A stretch of 64,000 nt of DNA. Origin: Tricharina praecox. Its lineage: Eukaryota. The notes under the pieces were generated by a model that worked only from the letters and a program-made list of their open reading frames with translations, did no database searches and was not told the origin of the DNA. Location of the stretch: NCBI RefSeq assembly GCF_024521635.1, contig NW_026250422.1, forward strand, positions 186,001-250,000. The letters run 5' to 3'. Shown piece after piece: positions 26,468 to 39,691 of the stretch (position 1 is the first letter of the stretch; each line of letters begins with the position of its first letter). The position numbers were made by a program, and so were the translations under genes.

Positions 26468-27171
26468 TGTGAAGTTTTGCGTGTGATTTTCGGTGTTGCG
26501 GAGTATTATTGGTTTTTATTATTATCGTACCTACCTCCCGTTTTTTCTGGATAGGTATTGGGGGATCTGGTGACGAGTTTTCTTGATGATTTACATTCTG
26601 TTGAAGCGCCAACGAGTGGGTTTGTTTTTGGCTTGGGTATGCGGTCGTGTTCGGTGTTTTGATGAAATGAAGCTACGGTATTTCTATTCAACATGGCTAC
26701 TTACGTCAAGTATTCCCCCAAGCACATTCTTCCAGATCACCATTCTTACCCACAAAGCTCCAAGCTCCAGCTTTGAAAGTTGTACAATCAGATACCTAGG
26801 AAATACCGGCAGATATATGTGATACGAGTGCACCTTTTCTTGAACAGCCAACAGAAGTACAAGTCTTGCTTTCCGGTATAATATAGCCAGTGGGAAACCA
26901 TCTTCACAAGCCTTCCAATCCACCTACCTAGTAGGTATACACTTAGGCGTAGCCTTTAGCGCAGATCCGCCGGGGCGGAAACTTGGAGATGGATGACTTC
27001 CGGCTCCGGCTCCGCCAAACACGGACTACCTATGGACTACCTACGGACTACGGCGTTTCTGATGTCCATCCCCTCCATCGGCAGCTGTCGAACGGCGGCA
27101 GCGGCAGGTCGGAGCCAATAGTTAGCCGCCAGTGTACGATATCATACATACCAACATACGATCGAGTGATA

Positions 27172-28866
<1,695 letters not shown>

Positions 28867-29206
28867 TAGTTACCTATCCCAACTAGGTACTTAGTGACTT
28901 GTCATTAAGATGGATTGACTCGTCACCAAAATTTTACTTCTCAACCATAACCTGTGACTTTTCCACACCATGGGTTTCAAATCTGCTGCCGGCTTCTAGC
29001 TGGATTGAACTAGGCACCGCAAAAAGATGGGCCTCCAAAACCGCAGGCACCATATAAAATTTTTGTGTGGGGTCCTTTGAGGATAGAGGGGTCCTTGGGG
29101 GATAGTTAAAATCCGAAGTAAATAAGAAGTAACCACCATTGGGAGGAGGATTTACTAAAAGTAAACCCGCCCCAAACGGTGGTTACTGCTAAAACTGTTT
29201 TTTTTT

Positions 29207-29693
29207 CTACATAACAATGCAGCTGAGGCGGCTGCTGTTTCCCGCCTGTTCCTCCTCCTCCTCTTCTTTCGCTTCCTTCTCCTCCTCCTTCTGCTGTTCC
29301 TTTCTCCAGATGCTGCTTTGGTAGCTGCTGCTCCAGCTTCTTCTCATGCTCCGCCTCCTGGCGCACCTCCTCCTCCTCCTGCACCTCCGCCTGGTGCTGC
29401 ACTTCCTCGTGGCGCACCTCCTCCTGCACCTCCCCCCTCACCCCCCTCCCCGCCGATATCCTCCACCCGCCAATCTCCTGCAAATCCATCTCCTCAGGGC
29501 ACTAACTGCCCTCAACGTCAGCGGGCACGGAGAACTCCATCGCCGCGAGGCGCGCCATCGTGCTTGGCTTGATGATGTAGATGTAGGTAGGCCATCTTTC
29601 AGGCGGCGGTCTTGGAGATGCCGTCGCTGCCGCTGCCGCGGCCACTTCCAGCGGGCATGGGTGCAGGTTTTAGTTGTGCTTGTAACCAGAGAT
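29207..29693 (-). pseudogene. Copy 1 of a small gene with basic N-terminus, Glu-rich body and CaaX end (…AGNSSRLSCIVM*); start codon reads ATC, internal stops and frameshifts
   Basis: Aligns by eye to 30629-30954 and 31627-31722. Fragments ISKTAA*, PTYIYIIKPSTMARLAAMEFSVPADVEGS*CPEEMDLQEI, EEVRQEAE and EEQAGNSSRLSCIVM*. Confidence 0.65.
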
Positions 29694-30628
29694 CGCTGGT
29701 AGTTAGGTAACTATCTGAGTTAGCATTCATAATTTGCGAGTGAGTTTGTGTGATAGGACGGACATACCTAGGTAGTACTTACTTGCGATTGTTGGTGGAC
29801 TCGAGAAATAGTTCGATACTCAAATTTGGCGTTCAAGTTGGCGTTGAGAGTCGTTTGAGCGTGGGATGTGTATGATGAAGCAGCGAATCCAGTACAGAGG
29901 CGTTAGAGGGATCGATGATGGAGATCACTGGAACGATCGAGATGGGGAGAAGTGTTGTGTTCTTGTCTAGGAGCTACAACTACGAGAGAGGGAGGAAGAG
30001 AGAAAGAAATAGTATACAGAGCTTCGACTAGCTACCCACCAAATGTCGCTAGCACCCACCACCAGTCCGCCGACCGGCTAGTGGGCTACTCACAGGAACT
30101 TACTAGTTCCCACAGAGAAGAAGAGAAGAAGAGAAGAGAAGAGAAGTGGGTGGGCGTGGGTGTGGGGGTTTTGTAGATTTCTGGTCGGATCTTTCACAGA
30201 TTGCACAGGACTACCGTAGGGGGCCATCGTGACAGAGTAAACATCTCCTCCCCCAGCAGGAATTAGTGGATTATCCTACGATAGATGAAGCCCGATCAGT
30301 GTATAAAACACCCGCTGAGGGAGGGGCAGGCGTGAGGGTCATACATAACCCATTTACTTTTCATCTTTTATTTTCACCGTCTTCCTTCCTAGCCCGCTCC
30401 TATCTGTTTTCCTCCGAGGACATCGGAAATGCTAACTCGTCGAAGACCCGAGCAAGCTCGGCGTCGCTCCTCTGGCCGGTGGTTCGGATTATCGAGACGG
30501 ACTGTTTAGTCAATACTAATAAATCAATTCAACCACACGGTGCAGACGCTTCGGATGCGTGCGTCGCGAGAAGCAAAAAGGAAAGAAGATCTGAAGATGG
30601 AAAAAGAAAGTAACCAAACTGTTTTTTT

Positions 30629-30954
30629 CTACATAACGAGACAGCTGAGGCGGCTGCTGTTTCCCGCCTGTTCCTCCTGCTCTTCCTCCGCTTTCTCATC
30701 CTTGTCCTTCTCCCGCTGCTCCTTCTCCAGCTGTGCCTCCGCCTGGCGCTCCACCTCCTCCTGTCCCTCCTCATCCAGTCCCTCCCCCTCCCCGCGGATC
30801 TCCTCAAAGTCCATATCATCGGGCCACTCGCCGCCCTCAACGCCATCGTGCTGGGCTTGACGGCGTAGTAGATGTTGGTCGGCTTGGTGGCGGCGGTCTT
30901 GGAGATCCTGCTGGCGGCGGCGGCCTTGGAGGTCTGCAAGCGCAGTCTTGGCAT
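30629..30954 (-). pseudogene. Copy 2 of the same gene (…AGNSSRLSCLVM*), frameshifted by a 37-nt deletion relative to copy 1
   Basis: MPRLRLQTSKAAAASRISKTAATKPTNIYYAVKPSTMA in one frame and VEGGEWPDDMDFEEIRGE…EEQAGNSSRLSCLVM* in another. Copy 1 has the missing 37 nt at that junction. Confidence 0.65.
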
Positions 30955-30986
30955 GCTGTGTGATAGGTGGGAGCTCGGAGCCTACT

Positions 30987-31629
30987 TAAAGTACTAGGTC
31001 AAAAGTTATCGCCAGGGGGCCGTTTTACACCAAAAACGGCCATTTTCAAACCACTAAAACTCATCTTTCGTCTGACGGAAAAATATTGTGTCTTTCACAG
31101 ACGCCGTAGAATCATAAAACCTCTCATATATAAAAAAGTTGACCGCTTTTAGTCAAGACTGATGGTTTTTAGTGGTGGTTTGTACATGACTTGAACAGTG
31201 ATTTCGCATTTTGTATGGGGCTCCCATACAAAAAGTTGCACAACCAGCGAAAACCACAAACTTTTCTCCTGGGCCGCATTGCTGAATCACAGCTGCTTAT
31301 ATTTGCGAGCCAGTTTATTATAAGATTTCCTACCCGGTTAGCAAGGACTTCCAATTGCCCAATATTTTTTACAGTGTGTTTGGGACGCAGAATCTGTGGT
31401 TGAAAATGGATAGCCTTGAGATAATGGGATTTGGGTTAGCCGCATAACTTCGCAAAAAAATTTGATTTCTTTGGCTGAAAATTTTGTCGAAGCTGGATAT
31501 GTATCTAATCATCCTGTATGCAAGTTTGTATTACTTTCTATTGTGTGGTTGTGGTGTTCGAGAGGTCTACATGTGTGGTGTGGTGGTCTCGTAGGGGCGA
31601 GTGGCGATAACTTTTGACCTGGTACTTTA
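30987..31629. mobile_element. MITE-like TIR element, ~640 bp; superfamily uncertain (Kolobok-like TTAA|AG ends or a TA-duplicating type)
   Basis: TAAAGTAC(T/C)AGGTCAAAAGTTATCGCCA at 30987-31014 and inverted at 31602-31629, 27/28 identical. AT-rich non-coding interior with palindrome TTTTGTATGGG-gct-CCCATACAAAA (31209-31233). Confidence 0.88.
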
Positions 31630-31722
31630 GTTATGAACCTTGCTGGCCTTGCGGCGGGGCGGCGTGGCGGCGGCAGAGGGCTTGGTGGTCCGCTTGCGGA
31701 GGTTGTATCTGTTGCTAGGCAT
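31627..31722 (-). pseudogene. Copy 3 of the same gene, 5' fragment only (MPSNRYNLRKRTTKPSAAATPPRRKASKVHN*), truncated at the MITE end
   Basis: Upstream 31725-32160 aligns with 29695-30320 (5'UTR intron GTAAGT…GCTAAC…CAG, gagtcgtttgagcgtgggatgtgt, CT-rich box). The stop codon is supplied by the MITE terminus. Confidence 0.55.
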
Positions 31723-32778
31723 CTCTGGTAGGTATTCGAGTTAGCATTTGTTGTGATAAGACGGATCTACATAAGTACCTACTTACTTCAGATGGTATGT
31801 AGGCTCGTGAATATTTGATGTTCCAATTTGGTGTTCAAGTTGGCTTTCAGAGTCGTTTGAGCGTGGGATGTGTGATGAATAGAAGAGAAGAAGAGAAGTG
31901 AGTGGGCGTGGGGGTTTTATTGGCGCCCTCAGGCTTGAGGATAAGCTTCAATAGGCATCTGAGGTTTGCAAGACTCAATGGCAGATGGCGAGAGATGGCG
32001 AAAGAAGGTCTAGTAACGTCCTCGCAGGGCTATTGAATCTCACCGAGTAGCGATACTGATTAGATCTTCCCACAGATTACATAGGACTAGAGGGCCTCCG
32101 CCGTCGTATGTGTGGATATTGCCATACCTAGTCTTCAGTGTATAAAATAGCCACCGAGGATAGTTCTCGTCGTCGCGGGAGGGATCTCATCCCAACTACC
32201 TATCCCTCTAGATAAATATCAGATGATTCTCTGATGATTCCAGTCCACCGGTTTATCCGTTCGACTAGGGACCTGGAGTATATCTCGTGCTTAAACCTGA
32301 GGAAGTTGTGACGAGCGTGCACTATTTTTTCTTTTCTTTTTCAAATCCTATCCACATTATAGTCTAAGATCTACTATAATCCACAACAAGAACCCCCCGG
32401 ACTGCCCGAGAACCACAAGTGACACGCTGTGCAACAGACCTGCGTACATAGCCCCGTTGTATATTACCTTTCCTTTTCCATCCGAGTACATAGTTCGCCC
32501 CGCTCGGGGATTGGTCCTTGGGGCTTAAATCCAATACGATAACTATGATAGCTATCTGGATTCTGGATTTATCCCAAGCAACTGCTTCCCAGCAAGAGCA
32601 GCTGACAAGTGCAAGACTGGTGCTGTTTCGAGCGCCGTCATCGTCCCTCGGAACCAAAACCCGAAAGATAATCTAGGCAGGTATCACCGTATCGATATAT
32701 AGAGTACAAACGCCATCTAGCCCCAAGCCCAGACCAAGACACAGACAAAGACCAAGAGAGATCAAAGACAGTACGATC

Positions 32779-34395
32779 TTACACACCCCTTCTGACCGTC
32801 GTCTCCCCGCCTCTACCGTTCTCAACCTTTATACAAACCTCCGTAGTCTTAAAGATCCCGCCCTGCCTACACTCCCTCCCCCCATCCCCACAAACCCCTC
32901 CCTCAATATCGATCCTCACCGCCCCCCCTGCATGCCCACTGCCATACACCCCCCCCTCGGCGGCAAACTGCTCCGTATACGACGACGTGCTCTCGCGGTG
33001 GTGGTGCTCGCGGACGCACGGCAGCTTTCCGAGCGGAATCGTGTGGCTGTGGCTGTGCGAACGGGAGCGCGAGGGACGTCCGGTGTGCGTGCTGCTGCTG
33101 CCGCCGAGCAGCCGTGGGAACGTCCGCCTTATCAGAGGCCGTAATGGTGGTAAAGAGCTGCAGATTATGGCCGTGTTGACTTCGACCATTAGCCAGATGG
33201 CGGGGATGGCGGTGTGGTCTGTGTAGGGGATGGAGTGTTAGCGGGGCGGCGGGGCGGGATGGGGGACGGGAAGGGACGGGAAGGGACGGACAGGTGGCGT
33301 CGATTTTGGCATCTCTGGAATTCGCGACGGCAAAGACCGCGGCTAGCCTTGCACTCGCCGCAACAATGACTCTGGCCAGCGATATCAGCTTCAAAAAAAA
33401 CGTTTCCGGGAAGATTTGGGGGACGGCACTCACACAGCACCCAGCGAGAACACACCCACAAGCCCCCACTTCTGCGCGCGCGGCAGCTGCAGCATATACA
33501 CCAGGTGCATGGGGGCAATCCACACGATCACGTCCATGAGGATGTTAGTTGCGCTCACGGTGTACTGCAGCGTGGCGTACTCGAGACACCTTCCCTTGGA
33601 ACTGGCGGCTTTCAAAGGGTCCACGCGGTCCCAGGTGTACGATAGCGGGACGCATTGGAATACAGTCACGAAGAAGTTGGCCAAAGTTAAGGCGATGCTG
33701 AGCGTGAAGATCAGGTACATGGTGGTGCGCATCCGCGAGAGCGGCGAACAGATGCGCAGCAGCTGGAAGAGCAGGCTGAGCTTGACTGCGCCGATGGCGA
33801 GGATGTAGAGGATCTGGATCACGACTGAGAGCTGGATACAATGCGTGTCAATAACGACCGTACTTTGTGGCTGGCTGGCTGGTTGGAAAAGTCCGAATGG
33901 TCCTAGGTACATACCATCAGGATTTTCCCCAGCATCAAAGAGTTAATATTCCATATATGCGCGCCAAACCCATCATGAACCGACAACACCATTGGCACCG
34001 CAATAGCCACAGCCAGTGCCTATTCTCTTTTCCATTAGCCCCCAACCACCAGGCTCCCATCCCCCCCAGGCCCCTCCTCCCCGACGAACGTCACTTACAC
34101 TGGCCAAAACAATACAATAATCATCCTTCCCGATATAACCCAGCATGGACGCTCTGCAGTAAACCCTTCCGGCAACGACGAGGCCGGAAACCACCATCAG
34201 CGAGACAGTGACGGCGTACAGTGTCGGCCCGTACGAGTCCTGTGGGCGGTCGCCATTGTTCGCGCTGATGTCACTGATGTCGAAGTCGGTGCCTTGGAGG
34301 ATCGTGGTGGAGTTTCCCGTTGATGCTGCGGCTGCTGTTGCCGATGCTGCGGCTGTGGCCGTTCGTGCGTAGAGTGCCGGTGGATGATGCATCAT
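32779..34395 (-). CDS. PTH11-like (fungal rhodopsin-domain) integral membrane protein without CFEM, 5 exons
   Basis: VVAGRVYCR…GKDDYCIVLAS, GFGAHIW, VKLSLLFQLLRI, FQCVPLSYTWD…GRC, NILMDVIVWIAPM…LQLPRAQKWGLVGVFSLG, W.MVEVNTAIICSSLPPLRPL; in-frame GT-AG introns. Confidence 0.9.
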
Positions 34396-37300
34396 AGAGG
34401 ATTATCCACGCCAGGCCGGGCCAGGCCAGAAGGTTATGTACGGGGGGACGGGGGGATTCCAAAGTTGCGAGAATGACGCTGCGAACTGTGGTTAACGACT
34501 GGCCGGGCTACATGCGAGATTCTTTTCCCAGCGGAAAGGAAAGAGTCATGGGTGGAAACTACCTATATCCATCCATCCATCCAGAGTATGGATTTAAATC
34601 AACATTTATACGGCGGGTTTGCGAGCTGCAGGAACGAGCGACTCCGCAGATCAACAAACGCCGACATACCGATGGACATTTGAGGCGACGACGTCGTGCA
34701 ACCTGGGCGCTCTCTCACACCGTTAAAACCAATAAGCAATCAAGCTGTGGCGGCGGCGGCGGCACACCCTGGAGAACGATTCGGCGGGGCCGCAGGTACG
34801 GTAGTAGCAGTAAGACGTACCTACATACGGTACTGCAAGTTTGTCACTTCATCCACTGGCTAGCTATAGTTTAGCATGTAAGTAAATACTTGGTACTGTA
34901 TTTGCCTATTCGCCTTTGGGGGTTCGAGGCAGTAGTAACTAACCAGAGTGAGTACTTACTTACATAAATCTACTCCCCCGCCCCTACACTCCCATCATCA
35001 GAAACCTTCCAACCTTTACCTAGGCCTACCTCCTACCTACTCTACTCCATGTCTTGGATCATAGCACCAACCGACCCTCCGATTCGGATTTTCCCCAGGT
35101 TTCGAACCTAGTCTTCCAGCCGGTGTTCTACGCATTCTGCCGGGGAACCGGGCAGGATGGATGGAGGGAGGGATGGTGGGAGGACGTGGTGGGTTTCTGG
35201 CATATAGACATATGTATGTAGTAGCTATAATCTGAGCAAGTTAGGCCGAGGCCGCTCTGTATCTGAAACTTTCATGGGTGATCAGTCATTCCCATGTCCT
35301 ATACTGTACGTATCACATCTCGGTAGGATTTGTCCTACGAGTTCCAATTTCCAAATACTAATGGGGACGGCATCATCATCGTATCATGCCATCTGGCGGT
35401 GCAACGGTGCAATGATGCATACCGCTACCAAGCATGCACCGCAAATCGCTGGCCGCCCGTCCATCCATCCATCGAATCCTGGGCTGGGAAGATAAAGATC
35501 ATGAGGATCCAGCTTCCGACCAGCTTTCTGTGACTGTGGGTGCCGGGCTTGACTCAACCCTTTCTGGACCACATCTCCGAGCCACAGAAAAAATCAGGGC
35601 CGTTTCTAGGTCCTGTGTATGTACCTTGGTAACTGATCGCACGTCACGTTCCGCCACCGTGTCTTCGGTACATACCCGTAGAAGGTAGGACTGTGCTGGT
35701 GGGTTTCGGGCAGTTTATGCTCCGGTCTATGTAGTTAGATGGTTATTGTTCGGTTCGGTTCGGTGGCGCCTCGAAGTTGCATGGAGTGCTTGGCCGTAGT
35801 TACAGCCGTTTTGAACAGTACACAGGCGGCACCATACTGGATACCACTGTCCAAAGCGACTTCCCCCTTCTTACGGGGTCATGGGCTCAGCGGCAGAGGA
35901 CGGCTACGGTATCAAAAAAGCAATCAAGCGAAAGCGACAGTGACAGTGACAGTGAGTGACAGTGACAGGCGCGAGTGCCAGGGCCTGCCGCCTGGAGCCG
36001 ACACTTACTTACCTAGCTGCCGTATTCGGAATTTCGGATTGTGGCCGAGGTCCTGTGCAGGGCGGAACTATGATCCATCGAGGTTCTCATGGCAGTACCG
36101 GTACCGTAGACGAACTACCTACCTATCTTTTGGATGCGGGAATGGGATCAGAGCTCTGCGACCAGCGGGAGAGATCCGAGAATAAAATGCTCCCAGCAGT
36201 GAACCACGGATTGACCACCAATGATCGATCGCCGGAAGGCTGAATACCGGTACCTATGCTTGTCTGTCTGAGGATCAGGCTTCGGTTCAGAAGCTCCTCG
36301 TTCCACCCGAGTGTCGTGGAGTCTTAACTGGAACCTCCCACCCCCAGAACAGCGCCGAGAAACGTGACCTGTGGGCAACGGGGCCGCCAGCAGTCGGTCA
36401 CAACAATCCCCGATAGTTATCGGCCTCGCTTCCAACAGTTTTTCTTTTGGCGTGCGCCGTGCAGTCCGCACCGAGCTGCTGCTGCTTGTTGGATTCGAAA
36501 CGTCCACTGAGGGAGGAAGGACACCCAAGACGCCACCAAAGTCTCCCGAGCGCCATCGGTGGTGACGAGAAGTAATGCCAAGTACATGGAGTTTCAGGAG
36601 TCGATGGTCTGGTATTTAGTACGGGATCTGAAGGTCGGTAAGTGTTGTCGCCGACGTAACACAGGTAGGTTCTACCCCAGGATCCTTAGCTAACTACTAG
36701 CACTGGTAGAGCAATTGGCGGCTTATGTACCATGGGATTCCCCATAGTCAAGTAGATAGACGTCTGACGTCCTGGCGTCGAGGGGAGTTAGTTACTTGTT
36801 TGGCCACATAGCCAAGGGAACTGTATAACTACAGTCACTATCTACATGAGTAAAAGTGTTGGTGATTCGTAAATGCCAGACCCCAAAGTGTCTCAGCCCA
36901 GTGGCTTGTGGGGTAACTGCCTAGGCATAGATATCTAGTACATACTCTTCTCCCGGCCCGACTTTGATGTCTTTCTTTCAGCACCGCCGGAGTCACCTAC
37001 CGGCGGGGGGAGGGGGACGTTTCTACGATCCCCCACTCTGCCTCTGTCCCCATGTCCGAGGAAGAGTTGCCGGTCTGAGTTGGTACTATATCTAGTAGAT
37101 ACCAGTTTTCGTGTAAACCTACTCATGAGTTTTCACGACACGGCGTTCGACGCTCTTTACTACGGTTGAACGGGTTAGGTTTCTGTATTGAGTTGATTGG
37201 CATTCGCCATAGATCATGGACGACGCTGTGCTTCTCGGTATGTAAGGCTAAAGACACCAGTTCTGTGCGAGTGATGGGGGAAGAAGTGGTGATGAGGTTT

Positions 37301-37684
37301 AATATCTATGTGAACCGTGGGGAAGACGAAGTTAAAGTTACACGTATAACATGCAAGTTAACTAGCACATAACTGACGGCCGGAAATAAGAAGAAATGAA
37401 ATTGTAACTGAGACTGTAACTGTAGATGAAGATGTAAGATGTCTGTCGCTGCCTGTATTCGCAATCTAGCAGACAAAAGAACGGAAAGAAAAACACTAGA
37501 CAAACGGAAACAAGGAAACACGGAAACATGAAAAACAATCTTCACTCCCCGTATCCCACAATCCCCTCCCCATCCCTTCTCATCCACTGCTGCCTGTAAC
37601 CGCAATAAAGGCAACCTGGATCCGATTTTTTTTTGAAAGCAGCGATTCCCTCCCGGGCCTCTGGATGCATCCCCTTCGACGCAG

Positions 37685-38335
37685 TTAAGAAAACTGCCGT
37701 GGAACGGAAGGCGGCGTGTGAAACAGCGCCTCCACCTGGGTCCTCTGACTATCCGCATCCGTCTCAGTTGCGGCATTCCTCTCAGTGGCCGTAGACCTCT
37801 CACTGGCCGCGTACCTCGACATGCTGAAGCGACTGGCCACCGACCTCGACATGCTGAAGCGCCCAGGAGACGGGAAGTTCCTCTCAGCGGCCGCCGACCT
37901 CGCCATGCTGAAGCGACTAGCCACCGACCTCGACAGACTGTAGTGCCCGGTGATCGTGAAGCTCCTTTCACCCTCACCCCCGCCCTCGTCGTCTCCAGCC
38001 GTGGTGGTGGATCCTTCGGCGAAGTTCTCCCCTTCTTTCTCATCCTCCTCCTCCTGCTTCGCTTCACCCTCCTCCTGCTTGTAATCCGTCTCCTCCGGCT
38101 GCATAGCGTTCTCGTCCAACTCGTAAGCGAACACCTCGAGCCGGCAGTCTCGGTAGTGCGCCTTGAGCACCTCGTAAGGACACAGCAGCTCGTGCTCCTC
38201 GTCCAATAGGCGCGCGTACTGCACCCAGAAGAATAGGACGAAGGCGTACAGCACTATCACGGACCAAACACATAGCCACGTGTAGAACTCCACGAGCATC
38301 CCCAGTGGCATTTCGGCCTGCCGTTTTTTAAGCAT
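37685..38335 (-). CDS. Orphan 216-aa protein: one N-terminal TM helix, acidic middle, Ser/Arg repeats
   Basis: Intact ORF with aaaatcATG context, GC3-rich codons and hydrophobic stretch FYTWLCVWSVIVLYAFVLFFWV. No family recognised. Confidence 0.5.
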   Translation of the reverse strand: MLKKRQAEMPLGMLVEFYTWLCVWSVIVLYAFVLFFWVQYARLLDEEHELLCPYEVLKAHYRDCRLEVFAYELDENAMQPEETDYKQEEGEAKQEEEDEKEGENFAEGSTTTAGDDEGGGEGERSFTITGHYSLSRSVASRFSMARSAAAERNFPSPGRFSMSRSVASRFSMSRYAASERSTATERNAATETDADSQRTQVEALFHTPPSVPRQFS

Positions 38336-39691
38336 GATTTTGAGTGTGTTGTTGTGGGTGGTGTGCTGTGGGTGGTGTGCTGCGGTTGGAAGTTGGATTG
38401 TGAATGTGAATCGAGGAGCGCTGTGCTGAGCGATGATTCGGTGAAGCGACTGAGAGTTTTCTCGGTCGGTTCCTTCAGCGATGAGGCATGAGAGTATCGG
38501 AAATCGAGTTACCTATGTGTGGCGCTGGGAGGTTGTCCAGAAGTAGTGTTTCGCGAGGTTGTAGGTCTATGTGAGATTTCGAATGTTGTATGTAAGGCTC
38601 GAGGAGTGGTGGAATTCGTGTAAGGATTGATGAGAGTGTGTTTCCAAAGGACGTGATGAGCTGAAATGGTGTTGCGGAAGGTGAGCTGGCAAGATGGTAC
38701 GAATTTCCACAAGGTAGTGAGCGGTGGTCGAAGTTGAGTTGGCGGAGATATTGAGCGAGGAGTCGAGATGGTAGGAATTCCCTGAAGGATGGGAGCGGTA
38801 GTGGTTGGGGTTTGTTGGTGGGGTGGTGGTCGAGGAGGAAGCTGAGAATTCATCGGGTGGTGTTGTCTCTCCCGAAGTGCCGAGGTGATTCGTGAAATCC
38901 TCCGAGTGATGGGTGTGAATGCCTCTAGGTCATAGTAGCGAAGCCCTAATCACACTGGCTAGCGTCACCGCCACTTCAAGGCTTGAGGGCTTGAAGGCTT
39001 CTGCCCTGGCGGCAATGACCGAGGCCGACGGCAATCTATCATTCGCCGCGCCATTCTCCGCCTCCTCCTTCTCCTCGCTGGTATGTAGCGAGAGTACATG
39101 CCTTGAATGTCACTCTGAACAGCTCGACATCCAAAGTGTATGCGCTTTCGATCTCCAGGAAACCGCAGATACACGACCGGAATTTGCTCCGACTTCGTGC
39201 AATTATCCACCGAGTGATACTGCGTGCACCGCTGCGGCGGCGGGTGACCGGGAAACCCTCGTTAGAGTAACCCAGTGGTTGGCTTGGAGACCTCCCTTCG
39301 CTGGTTGGGAGCTCGCAAGTCTTGGTGATCATTGCAATACGATTTTAGGTGTCCTGTGAGTGATCAGAAGGCAGCCCAGCCGGCCGGCGGCCCCAGATAT
39401 GGGTGAGTTACCTGTTTCCATAGCATTGATGTATCGTCACCCGCAGCGAAAAGGGAATATGATTCTGGGCCTATCGTTATAGCAAGGATCCTGAATACTT
39501 AGTCTAAGCAACTCGGGACTCGGGCACAGAATCAAATCGCCATATACAATGGCATCAGATCAGAGTTCTATTTTTATTGTATGCCATGTAGAGTACGTAT
39601 CCACCCCTCCAGCCGACAAAAGGACATCAGAACCACCTGCAGTCCATCATCCTTCCCCAGAAAGCACATAAAACTTTTGTCCTCGGCCCAT

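Noticed and set aside
30529..30954. 141-aa Arg-rich, protamine-like ORF
   Set aside because: The Arg-rich part is the shifted frame of the Glu-rich CaaX gene, produced by the 37-nt deletion relative to copy 1.
38919..39359. 146-aa plus-strand ORF and overlapping minus-strand ORFs
   Set aside because: No motif and no convincing splice model.
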